A DNA stretch of 64,000 bases from the NCBI GenBank assembly GCA_002269645.1, contig NIVC01000505.1, forward strand, positions 133,988-197,987, in the 5' to 3' direction. Within the stretch, counting starts at the first letter, position 1, and the number at the start of each line of letters is the position of its first letter. A program made the position numbers and the translations under genes. This document shows, one piece after another, positions 52,556 through 64,000 of the stretch. The stretch is from Macrostomum lignano (lineage: Eukaryota). The notes beneath the pieces are model-generated. The model made no database searches and was not told the DNA's origin. It was given only the letters and a program-made list of their open reading frames with translations.

Positions 52556-53253
52556 CTAGGAGTAGCATTCACATCCAGCAGTTTATCAACAATACTTGGC
52601 TCTTCAAGCCCTTGACCAACCAGAGCCAGCACAGAGAACATATTCCTAATCTGATGATAAAGAAAGGCCGTAGCTCGAACTCGGAACGCGAACATCTGAT
52701 TATGATCTGATGCTTGACTGCAGTAATCAACAGGTTCAATATCGCACTCCATTACAGTTCGACAATAATTAGCCTGATCTGGGGAGAATTTTGAAAAATT
52801 CCTGAAATCGTGCTCCCCAACAAAGCGTTTACAGGCGTCTCGCATAGCTTCTATATTGAACGTTGACCGAGGAAAATGGTACAGGTATTCCCGGCCTTTA
52901 CAGGCGAATCTGGCACTGAAATCTGGCGTCACAGGTGCCCAAGCCAGCACTCGCAGCTCGCGCGGCAGCACTCTATTAAGCGGACCAACAGGATCCAGTT
53001 CGTTAGCCTCCGTGTCCTCACTAGACGGAGGCGTTCGCCTCTTGCCAATGTCCGGTCCAGTGTCCGGTATGCAACCGGTGTTGCAGTCGGACAGTAGGCT
53101 GCGAATATTTAACGATACAACATTAGCCAGGGCTGAGACGCCTTTGTCAGTTCGAGCGCAAGACACTAGATTGCAAGTGTCTATCGATTCGATTAATTGT
53201 ACGCGTTTTAAACCGTCGCACAAGCGGCCGAGTACCGTGTTGTCTGTGTTGTC
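52556..53253 (-). CDS. PUS3: tRNA pseudouridine(38/39) synthase, exon 2 (catalytic)
   Basis: gaccag|GAC...AG|gtgagt. Motifs RTDKGVSA, LNRVLP, FSARF, GEHDFRNF, AFLYHQIR of the TruA/Pus3 family. Confidence 0.95.
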
Positions 53254-53374
53254 CTGGTCAGGGGGGTAGTGATTAGTCATTTATTTGTGTGTCTACGACT
53301 CTACGTAAACATTTTCAACCTTGATCGTCTAAATATACTCTTAACTGTGTTTATAAATTGTTTGTGCCCTCCTT

Positions 53375-55745
53375 GGACACCCGGTGTCTGATTGTGCCCT
53401 CCAGCGACACCTACTGTTGTGCCCTCCAGCGACACTTAGTGTCTGATTGTGCCCTCCTTGGACACCAAGTGTCTGATTGTGCCCTCCTTGGACACCCAGT
53501 GTCTGATTGTGCCCTCCAGCGACACCTAGTGTTGTGCCCTCCAGCGACACTTAGTGTCTGATTGTGCCCTCCTTGGACACCCAGTGTCTGATTGTGCCCT
53601 CCTTGGACACCCAGTGTCTGATTGTGCCCTCCAGCGACACCTAGTGTTGTGCCCTCCAGCGACACTTAGTGTCTGATTGTGCCCTCCTTGGACACCTAGT
53701 GTCTGATTGTGCCCTCCTTGGACACCCAGTGTCTGATTGTGCCCTCCTTAGACACCTAGTGTCTGATTGTGCCCTCCTTAGACACCTAGTGTCTGATTGT
53801 GCCCTCCTTGAACACCCAGTGTCTGATTGTGCCCTCCTTGGACACCTAGTGTCTGATTGTGCCCTCCTTAGACACCTAGTGTCTGATTGTGCCCTCCTTA
53901 GACACCTAGTGTCTGATTGTGCCCTCCTTGAACACCCAGTGTCTGATTGTGCCCTCCTTGGACACCTAGTGTCTGATTGTGCCCTCCTTAGACACCTAGT
54001 GTCTGATTGTTCCCTCCAGCGACACCCAGTGTCTGATTGTGCCCTCCTTGGACACCTAGTGTCTAATTGTGCCCAGTGTCTGATTGTTCCCTCCAGCGAC
54101 ACCCAGTGTCTGATTGTTCCCTCCAGCGACACCCAGTGTCTGATTGTTCCCTCCAGCGACACCCAGTGTCTGATTGTTCCCTCCAGCGACACCCAGTGTC
54201 TGATTGTGCCCTCCTTGGACACCTAGTGTCTAATTGTGCCCAGTGTCTGATTGTTCCCTCCAGCGACACCCAGTGTCTGATTGTTCCCTCCAGCGACACC
54301 CAGTGTCTGATTGTTCCCTCCAGCGACACCCAGTGTCTGATTGTTCCCTCCAGCGACACCCAGTGTCTGATTGTTCCCTCCAGCGACACTCAGTGTCTGA
54401 TTGTTCCCTCCAGCGACACCCAGTGTCTGATTTTTCCCTCCAGCGACACCCAGTGTCTGATTGTGCCCTCCTTGGACACCTAGTGTCTGATTGTTCCCTC
54501 CAGCGACACCCAGTGTCTGATTGTGCCCTCCTTGGACACCCAGTGTCTGATTGTTCCCTCCAGCGACACCCAGTGTCTGATTGTGCCCTCCTTGGACACC
54601 CAGTGTCTGATTGTTCCCTCCAGCGACACCCAGTGTCTGATTGTGCCCTCCTTGGACACCTAGTGTCTAATTGTGCCCAGTGTCTGATTGTACCCTCCAG
54701 CGACACCCAGTGTCTGATTGTTCCCTCCAGCGACACCCAGTGTCTGATTGTTCCCTCCAGCGACACCCAGTGTCTGATTGTTCCCTCCAGCGACACCCAG
54801 TGTCTGATTGTTCCCTCCAGCGACACTCAGTGTCTGATTGTTCCCTCCAGCGACACCCAGTGTCTGATTTTCCCTCCAGCGACACCCAGTGTCTGATTGT
54901 GCCCTCCTTGGACACCTAGTGTCTGATTGTTCCCTCCAGCGACACCCAGTGTCTGATTGTGCCCTCCTTGGACACCCAGTGTCTGATTGTTCCCTCCAGC
55001 GACACCCAGTGTCTGATTGTGCCCTCCTTGGACACCCAGTGTCTGATTGTTCCCTCCAGCGACACCCAGTGTCTGATTGTGCCCTCCTTGGACACCTAGT
55101 GTCTAATTGTGCCCAGTGTCTGATTGTACCCTCCAGCGACACCCAGTGTCTGATTGTTCCCTCCAGCGACACCCAGTGTCTGATTGTTCCCTCCAGCGAC
55201 ACCCAGTGTCTGATTGTTCCCTCCAGCGACACTCAGTGTCTGATTGTTCCCTCCAGCGACACCCAGTGTCTGATTGTTCCCTCCAGCGACACCCAGTGTC
55301 TGATTGTTCCCTCCAGCGACACCCAGTGTCTGATTGTTCCCTCCAGCGACACCCAGTGTCTGATTGTGCCCTCCTTGGACACCTAGTGTCTAATTGTGCC
55401 CTCCTTGGACACCTAGTGTCTGATTGTTCCCTCCAGGGACACCCAGTGTCTGATTGTGCCCTCCATGGACACCCGGTGTCTGATTGTGCCCTCCTTGGAC
55501 ACCCGGTGTCTGATTGTGCCCTCCATGGACACCCGGTGTCTGATTGTGCCCTCCTTGGACACCCGGTGTCTGATTGTGCCCTCCTTGGACACCTAGTGTC
55601 TGATTGTGCCCTCCTTGGACACCTAGTGTCTGATTGTGCCCTCCTTGGACACCCAGTGTTGTGCCCTCCAGCGACACCCAGTGTCTGATTGTACCCTCCA
55701 GGGACACCCAGCGTCTGATTGTAAGCTTCATGGACACCTAGTCTA
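53375..55745. repeat. 30-nt minisatellite filling PUS3 intron 1
   Basis: GTGTCTGATTGT(G/T)CCCTCC(TTG/AGC)GACACC(C/T)A units. Confidence 0.97.
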
Positions 55746-55860
55746 ATTGTACCTTCCATGGACACCCAGTATGATACCTTCCATGGAGACCCAGCGTGGG
55801 TGTGCCCTTCTGAGAAACCCTGTGTCTATATTACACCCGGACAGTGTTAAAAACCCCTAC

Positions 55861-56190
55861 CTGCAAAGCGGAGCCATCAAAGGCCCAGCCCATATAGGCA
55901 ATCCGAAGTGCCACTCGGCGCTGTTTAAACTGATTAAAATCTACTCGACCTTCACGCTGTCTGCGCCTTCCTTTGCCTGGCTGTGGCAGCATCAGCTGCA
56001 GTTTCTCTTCCCCAGCTTCGCTAACATCAACAACACCAGCAGGTGACACCAATGGCCGAAGCTGAACCACCTGAGCTTCGAGTTGCTGAACCCGATTAAT
56101 TAGCTCTTCCCTAGTTAGGGTTGCTAAATATGTGGCACTAGGGCCGCCTTTCAAAGACATTGCCCGACAGGCTTGAAGCAGTGGACGCAT
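55861..56190 (-). CDS. PUS3: tRNA pseudouridine(38/39) synthase, exon 1
   Basis: Encodes LTREELINRVQQLE and RRVALRIAYMGWAFDG (TruA N-terminus). Donor CAG|gtaggg, phase 0. In-frame ATGs at 56190 and 56160. Confidence 0.9.
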
Positions 56191-57317
56191 GCAAAAATTA
56201 GTAATAGGCTTAAGTTTGAGGTCAATACTAGTGAAACATCCAAACTTCCTAGGGTTTTTTTCACAAACAGTTAATAAATATGGCTTTTTTATACATGCAA
56301 TCTAGTGCCCCCTTCGGGGCGCCCAATAAGCAAGGAGCAAAATTTATTCATGCAAATCCATTAAAAAGAACATTTTCTTAAGAACCAATTCCTTCTTTAG
56401 TTTTATAATCGCCCTATTATTACGGAAAAAGATGCTTGCTATGATATCTTGCTTCAAAAAGTAACAAAAGGATGCAACAAAATAAAGCCCTCACAAAGAT
56501 ATTAATGACAGCCATTCCAACTAAATTGAAAGCATCCCCCAGATTGCAAGCATCTCCCCCAGATGGATGGCAAGCATCCCTAACTTATAAGTATCCCCCA
56601 GATAGTAAGCATCCCCCCAGAAAGCAAGCATCCACCCAGAAAGCAAGCTTGCATCTTCCAGATAGCAAGCATTCCCACATAGCAAGCAAGCATCCCTCGA
56701 TAGCAAGCAACTCCAGACAATAATAACAAGAAATCAGTAATAATAATAAAAACAGTAATGACAATGCAAATAGTATGAAATCAAATTCAGGGTCATCAAA
56801 GTAAATTCAGACAATTATTTCAACTTTTTATCTTATTAATACATTTATCAATTTGAATACAACTTGGTATATTTAGCTAATGAATTAATTGTTAAACAGT
56901 CAAATTGCTTTCAGCTAATTCATTCACAATATGCACAAGGAGCTTGTCAAACACCATGAAGTTATTGACTTGTAGATACATACTAGATACCTCCCAATGA
57001 GTTTTAGGTCTGCAGTGCCTTTTTTCCAAAGTGCATCATAGGTCTAGTCCCTGGGGTCAGGTCAGGGAATTAAACAACATATTTTCAATATCATATGCAC
57101 CTTGTATAAATATGGTAGTAAAGGTTAAAGTTAAGTTAAATATAGTCTTGGCAATTTTTCTTGCATATATTAAATTTTATATAATGTATATACAAATGAG
57201 ACCTATTTAGGCTATTTAGAAGTGATAAGTTAAACTAGGTTAGGCCTATTATCACTCTGATCATGCATGTGCAACACCTTGATTTACACTGGATATGCAT
57301 GCTTGGGGCCTTGGGCA

Positions 57318-57473
57318 CAACCTTGGGATTTACTCAACCATTTCTATTGGCAACAGATACATGTAAGTCACTATTGGATGGAATAATAGGCCTAATCACG
57401 TGACTGCTCTCAGCCAATAGCAACTTATATGTATTTGTTGCCAATAGAAATGGCTGGGTGATTCCCAAGGTTG
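57318..57473. repeat. Long inverted repeat (foldback/MITE or hairpin)
   Basis: CAACCTTGGGA...CCATTTCTATTGGCAACAGATACATGTAAGT mirrored by ACTTATATGTATTTGTTGCCAATAGAAATGG...TCCCAAGGTTG. Confidence 0.75.
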
Positions 57474-59218
57474 CACATACATGTAGATATGTGACTTACC
57501 TTTTGACAAAAAACATTACTTATTTGAAACCCAAAAGTTAAAATTAACAATTTTGGATAAACAACAGAAATAATTATGGTAATATTATATTATTAATCCT
57601 AAATGCCTTATCATCTAATTAGTAGTCTACCTCTATATTTTTGGGTAGGCATTCTTGCAATTTACCTTGGCTAGCTGGTTTGTCTTAGTATAATTGGTCC
57701 TTAGACTTGGATATACTATTAGATAAGATCTAGATAATTTTTATCCATTTTGCTCTTCAAAACAAAGGCAAGTTGGCTTGCTGCTTAAGATACTATTTGG
57801 GTATTTTGGCTAAACTTGGATAGTTGTTCATAGAGGAGTTGGGTATTTTCCTCTGCTAGAGGTTAGCAAGATAGGTGGCAATGCCTATTTTCTATTTTCC
57901 AAACACTTGGAGTCCCCTATAGCTAAGTCAGGTGGGTACTTTCCTCAGGGTAGGCCTAACAGAGTTGCACCCACCACAAGAATGCCAAGATTTAATGATA
58001 GGCCTAGCTAATTAGGCTAGTATCTAAGATGATTGGCAATAATAATATTGGTAAACCCTCTGGTTAGACTAGGCCTAGTTAAGAGCTACTAATAGCCCTA
58101 GTAGACTAACTAGCCTTTTTGAAAATATTGTATAATATAATTTTAAAGTTAAGCTCTGAAGTTTAGTTGGCTATCTTTCAATATTCAATGGCAGATCTAG
58201 GACTTTTAAAGTAAATAGATAGATTGACCTAAAATAAGTCCCAAATAAGCCCAAAATTAAAATACTCTAGCTGTTTTGTAATTCTAGCTATAATAAAAAC
58301 CCATAACCCCAACCTATAATAAAAGTTTTTGAAATAATAAATGCCATGGTAGGCCTATCCTAACTTTAATTTGGCTAGATTAGGATCCCAATACCAAATT
58401 GATACTATTTTTATATAGGCCTATTGATGCCAACTTATCAAAACCTAGGGGCCTAAAACAAAATAAATTATTTGATAGTTGATCAAAAACAGAATAGGCC
58501 TTAAACTCCAATATATTAGCAATATAATAGGCCTACATAAAAAAATTTGGGACTTGGGTCAAATCAAAGGCCTATAGGACCCTAAAGTCAAACTGTCAAA
58601 GCAATATATATAGAGAATAAGATGAAAGATAAGAGTCTAGGCACCTAGGCTATAAGAATTTTTTATATTTAACTCCTGGACCTAGTTTTAATTTGGTATT
58701 ATAAATAGTTTTTTACCTAAGATAGCAAACGGCACCAAGGATAAAACCATCTATAATTTGCTATTTGTCAGGCCCTAGGCCTTAATATAAAGTTCCAAAA
58801 TCACAAAGTGTAAATATGTGATTTTAGGTCTACACAACATAGAATCCTAATCTTTTGAACGAAAAGCTTTATAAATATCGATAGAGCAATAAAAAAGGCA
58901 CAAAATATCAAAATATGAACACTGGATCTGCCTCCTACCCTCACAAGCAATAACAATTTTTGTGCTGAAAAAAATGAAGACTGAATGAAAATGAATGAGT
59001 ATATTTTTCGGAAAAGCCTGCCTTAAAATTTTTCCAAGAAACGAGGTTTCCTGTAGCTCTTCTATACTTAAGTCGTCCCCTTGATCCAATCAGTGTAATG
59101 CGAACTACATGCACATTGAAGATGCGCAATAACTGAGGGAAATTGTGTCTGTGTGTGTGTAGCTTAAAAGCCGAACGCTCATCCGATGGCACCAATCTAA
59201 ATCACTAAATAGTTCAAG

Positions 59219-60345
59219 AATGGAGCCAGTCGAGGGAAACAGAAGACGCTCGTGGCCTCGTGCCTTTATTGGTATAAAGGCCTCCTGTATCGCAAGGACA
59301 TGCAGTGACCGCAACGGAGTGCGAGGCTACCGATGCACGCAGAAAACCTGCCCGGGCCGCACTACTGTCCAACAGGATGAACAATTTCGTACCTCCGCGC
59401 ACAACCACTAAGTGCAGTGGAGCCTCGACAGAAGGAGATGCTGCAACTCAAATCGCGACTAAAGAGGTAGGCTGAGGTGAGCAGCGCCAGTCTGGAGGTA
59501 TTGGACGCAAAGTGCACAGCTGCTTCCTGACTGGGATCGGCTTTGCGGAAATCGAAGCACAATGTATCGACAGTGTCGCAGAATCATTCCGCCGCTACCT
59601 GAGGACGCCAACGTCACTTGAGGCCCTTCTCGATGCTCCGGACCCTGACATGCTCCGCCGGCTTGCATGTGTGGCGACATAGTGCATGGATGGTACCTTC
59701 AAGACGGTGCCACGGCTAGCTGTCCTATCAGCTTCTCACAAAAGGGTTCGTCGAGCTTGACACTTTCTGGCCGGCAGTGTATGTACTCATAAACCGCAAA
59801 ACGAAGGACCTTGTATTCAGTGGCACTAGGGCACGTTGCATCTGCGCTTTGTCCTTCCGCCGCCGTGTGTACTATTTGTCACGGACTACGAACTGGCTCT
59901 AATCGCTGCCGCCGAAGCCACATTTCCGGATACTGAAGTCCGAGGCTGCTGATTTCACTTCTGCCAGGCTGTCGTCGGCAAGTTTAAGACATGCGATCTT
60001 CAGCAGTTCATCAGCCGCAGTGCTTCGGATCAGAGTAAGACAGTGGCTGCTGAAGCTTCTGGCCGGGGATGAGATCGCCAGTGCTGTCGACATTAATTAT
60101 GGGATCGTTAATTGCCGGTCGGCCTGTCAGGAGAAGTGCACACCGCTCTGTCCCGCGTTCATAACTACATCGGCACTTTCTGATTGCAGCGCGTGGGAAG
60201 CAGTCGCCTCTCAGTACACGGACTCACCAAGCGCACAAACTGCGATTTTGAGTACTACCACAGGGGCCTGTCACGACTGATTAAGACCGGACATCCTAAT
60301 TTATGGCTCTACCTGGACAGTCTCATGAAAGCGATTAAAACATTA
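59219..60345 (+). pseudogene. MULE/Mutator transposase pseudogene with N-terminal FLYWCH-like zinc finger
   Basis: YRCTQKTCPGR...HNH; MDGTFKTVP; TDYELALIAAAEATFPDTEVRGC*FHFCQAV; RTNCDFEYYHRGL...HPNLWLYLDSL. Multiple stops and frameshifts; TIRs not located. Confidence 0.85.
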
Positions 60346-60389
60346 ACGTGTCCCACGTTACCGAGAAGGTGGTGGACACCGTTCGCCCG

Positions 60390-60600
60390 GCCTCAGAGCA
60401 ACCAGTGCCGGACCATCAGCTGCAGCCAGTGCCGGACCATCAGCTGCAGCCAGTGCCGGACCATCAGCTGCAGCCAGTGCCGGACCATCAGCTGCAGCCA
60501 GTGCCGGACCATCAGCTGCAGCCAGTGCCGGACCATCAGCTGCAGCCAGTGCCGGACCATCAGCTGCAGCCGGAATTGTTTGTACTACCAGCTGCAGCCA
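60390..60600. repeat. 24-nt tandem repeat at the 3' end of the MULE relic
   Basis: CAGCTGCAGCCAGTGCCGGACCAT, ~8 copies. Confidence 0.92.
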
Positions 60601-61567
60601 GCGACAGACCATCAAAACCCGGCCTCAGACTTGCATAAAATTTGGTTCTATTCTTAGCTACTGAACATTTTACCATTTTACGCTCGTAAATCGGAACATT
60701 TTACCATTTTTAATCGCAAAAATTTAGAATTTTGTATCTGAAAATTTAAAAAATTTTAAGTTTGAACATTTTAACTTCGTGAAAAATAAATATTAGAGAA
60801 AATAAAGCTTCCTGACTTTGCGCCGGATAAGTCGTAAAAAGTTGCCTCCGTGCATATGTCTCAGCCGTAAAAATTGCCTGCGCGGTAAAGTCACTGTGAT
60901 TTTTGTGCGCTTGTGCCTGTGCGCACAGCACCTAGTCAAGCTCCAGCACGAGCTTAGGACGGCGCGTGCATATCTCCCTAGAATGCACACCCAAAGTACG
61001 TGTCTCGAAAAAATTCGATACGTGTAGTCCGTCCGGTGTTGAAACAGCAAATTTTGTATCCCAGTGCATTGCCATGATGACGGAGACAAGCGGCTGCTCT
61101 CTGGCACGCTTGTACGCACCGAGCACCTTTTTTGAGCACAAACCTGATGATGACGAGTCAAAAGTGTCGGATCAGGATCGACAAGTGTATCCGTTCCTCC
61201 TCGATGACTCCACGGATCAAAAGTACATTTATGTATCTTAAAAACCCAAAAATGAATCAAAACAAATCAAATCAGACGTAGAAAATTACCGGCAAAAACA
61301 GGTAGAAATGTTCAATCCGAGCTACAAGCTAGTAGTAACCAATATTTTTTGTTTGAGTAAAATCTTGATTGCAGAACAGTCCTCCAATCACTGATCCACC
61401 AATGGGGGAGCAAGCATAATAGAATTTAACAGAAGCCTTCTGTATGCAGCCGAGTTATATTAGGGAAACATGAAATTCGAATTACAACGAGAGAAATAAT
61501 ATCACTCCGATCTTTTTAAATCAGTTCGTACAAAATATTTTAGTGCATCAAGACTACTACAGAGAAA

Positions 61568-61637
61568 ATGCACTTAATCACTAATGTGATCCTCGTAGCT
61601 ATTCTCTTGTGCAGTTGTCAAAGGAAAGGAGTGCAAG
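61568..61637 (+). CDS. Secreted PAN/apple + glycine-rich-domain protein, exon 1 (signal peptide)
   Basis: MHLITNVILVAILLCSCQRKGVQG has a hydrophobic core. Donor G|gtaaag, phase 1. Confidence 0.7.
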
Positions 61638-61749
61638 GTAAAGTTTTTCTTTCAGGAATCAGGAATTTTCCTAATCATACAGTATTCCTATCAAAACATT
61701 GCCGGGGTTTTGAATGTATGAATTTAGAATCGCTTTTCTGTCGATTTAG

Positions 61750-62079
61750 GCACCTGCAGTAGTGTCGACTACCGCGAGATTGAAGGCCCGTTCTACCTCA
61801 GCCCGCTTATCAGCACCGAAGTGATCAACATCTCAGGTGTGAAAAATGTGAACAACTGCATGATGCTGTGCCGAATCAAAGGCTGTTCAGTGATCGTTGC
61901 CATGACGACGACCTCGACTGTTTGTCGACTCTTAATATTGAAGGGAATTTCTCTGTCAAACACGATACTGGATTCTCCATCAGCTGTGGGATCAGAGGCT
62001 GGATCGCAGGTGTTGGTCAACGCCGACATTAATGCGACTTTGGCTGCTATGATCAATAATGAGACGTTCACATGGCTCA
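61750..62079 (+). CDS. Same gene, exon 2 (PAN/apple-like Cys pattern)
   Basis: tttag|GC...A|gtgagt. Encodes [12 protein letters not shown]...[32 protein letters not shown], with a CxxxCxxxC...C spacing and N-glycosylation sequons. Confidence 0.7.
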
Positions 62080-62156
62080 GTGAGTTGTGCTGCACTAGTA
62101 TTACCATACACACTAACCGATTACTCAATCCTAGAGATCCTCACGCTTGGGCCGCA

Positions 62157-62525
<369 letters not shown>

Positions 62526-62673
62526 TCTTAATTGCTCTTGTTTGTTCGGAGCAAAATCATTGTTTTATTCACTGTACTAATGCACCCTTCCTTATGACTA
62601 CTAGCTATTGTTTTATGACTGTAATGTCGATTGATGACTATATTCTTGTCTTATGACTGTTATATCTAGAAAG

Positions 62674-63033
62674 TCACTACGCGATTTACTACGCGAGTTC
62701 CAGACAGCAGCACTGGCCGAATCGGGAGCATCCAGTTGGTGAACATCACCCTCACTGGCTGCTACCGCATCGAGGTCGCCGGAGCCAGAGGCGGCGATAA
62801 CATATACCGGTTCACAGTCGGTGGCAACGGGTCCTGGATTGCTGGCAGCTTCAACCTGACAGCTGGCACTCAGCTGGCCATCGTGGTCGGACAGGCTGGC
62901 GGCTCGGTGCATAGTTACGACACGAGGGACTGCGGCAGCGGTGGCGGAGGAGGCAGCTTTGTGTATGAGATTGCGGACGAGCACCTTCTAATTGCAGCTG
63001 GTGGTGGCGGCGGCTCAAGCCGAGGTAAAAATG
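62674..63033 (+). CDS. Same gene, exon 3 (ALK/LTK-like glycine-rich domain)
   Basis: Encodes GSIQLVNITLTGCYRIEVAGARGG...GSFNLTAGTQLAIVVGQAGG...GSGGGGGSFVY...LLIAAGGGGGS. Donor G|gtaagt. Acceptor uncertain: aag|62674 fits phase 1, while tag|62670 is phase 0. Confidence 0.8.
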
Positions 63034-63625
63034 GTAAGTAAAATAAAACTAGAAAAAAATCTTTTAAGCTTTGAGGAGAGAGATGTGGAGTTATTAAAAT
63101 GCACCGCAAAAGGCACCACCAACAACAAATACGTGGACAAGTCGTAGTCTCGCGGCTTAGGCTACTGGTTTTATCTACTTTAGTGTTTAAAATTCTAGTG
63201 GATTATCTGGTAGGTTGCTGCCACCAGGCTTCCTGATTTCCCTAATCCTAGTAGTTTTAGCGATCAAAGGAACAACGCAGGAAACCGAAAATAACAAATT
63301 TTATTACTCCAAAGTTGTAAAACGAAAAAAATGATTAGCATGCAATAGTTCTTACAGTTAATTTGGTGCAAATATTAGTGGGCAATGACTACCCATTTTG
63401 TGCCCTGTTAGCGGCAATGACTACCTTTCTAACAGTGTTTACTTATTCCCTAAAACTTCCCCGCCTCTTACCTACTTTCTTCTTGGTCTTGTTTCAGTTA
63501 AGACTAACTTCCAAGGCGCTTTTTCCCCGAGTCTCAACTGCTTGATAGTTATAAAGAACCCAAAATTCGCGATCTACCCCGCCCTAATTATTTTCCTAGT
63601 TAAAACTACAGTAGTGTAAAAGCCA

Positions 63626-63818
63626 AGGGCCGTAGCAGAAGCTCTGTCTAGGGTAGTCCGGTCTTGAAAAGCTATCTGGACTTGGATTTTGTATGCAGAA
63701 ACACAAAGTTAGACCGGTCTACTATAGACAGAACTATGCTAGCTGGACCATAGACTATAGACTGAACTACCCAAGTCCGGACTAGCTAGTCTGGACTAGG
63801 CTTTCTGCATACGGCCCT
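63626..63818. mobile_element. MITE-like element in an intron of the glycine-rich gene
   Basis: AGGGCCGTAGCAGAAGC ... GCTTTCTGCATACGGCCCT terminal inverted repeats. No clear TSD. Confidence 0.55.
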
Positions 63819-63979
63819 ATGCCCTGCTACATACGCTACCAGTCCGGGTCCTTAGAAAGCAGCGTCAAAAAAGTCTAAAAGAGTTACTGAACTTTTTGAA
63901 TAAAAAATAAAATTTTCATGGCCTCTGTGGCGTATCTATTCGGAAAGTAGTTTAATTAATTATTGATCATAATTTACAG

Positions 63980-64000
63980 CTCTGCCGGGAGAAGACACAG
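63980..64000 (+). CDS. Same gene, probable start of exon 4 (runs off window)
   Basis: tttacag|CT is phase-1 compatible and reads ALPGEDT. Confidence 0.4.

Overview
Eukaryotic (invertebrate metazoan-like) genomic DNA: GC-rich exons sit in AT-rich, satellite-packed introns. The style resembles repeat-rich flatworm or other lophotrochozoan genomes, but that is an impression only. Three host genes were reconstructed by hand from GT-AG sites and codon phase. (1) A Caskin-family gene (ANK repeats-SH3-tandem SAM) on the minus strand, 10 coding exons from 32073 to 1829, 3'-incomplete at the left edge, with an extra Pro/Gln-rich exon that can only be an alternative exon. (2) A complete 3-exon PUS3/Deg1 tRNA pseudouridine synthase gene (minus, 56190-51593). 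(3) The 5' part of a secreted PAN/apple-like plus ALK/LTK-type glycine-rich protein gene (plus, from 61568). An intact-looking tRNA-Ile with the rare eukaryotic GAU anticodon lies antisense in a Caskin intron. The most unusual structure is a 4.5-kb DNA transposon (46985-51529). It has short CCCGATGG TIRs, a TTA target duplication and ~1.3-kb inverted subterminal arrays of an AGAGGCT motif. It encodes no recognisable transposase of its own but carries an intact coiled-coil + BEN-domain-like ORF and a nested mariner remnant. Also present: two tRNA-derived SINE families, Tc1 and MULE relics, MITEs and about 20 tandem arrays. Most long ORFs in the supplied track are translations of these arrays.
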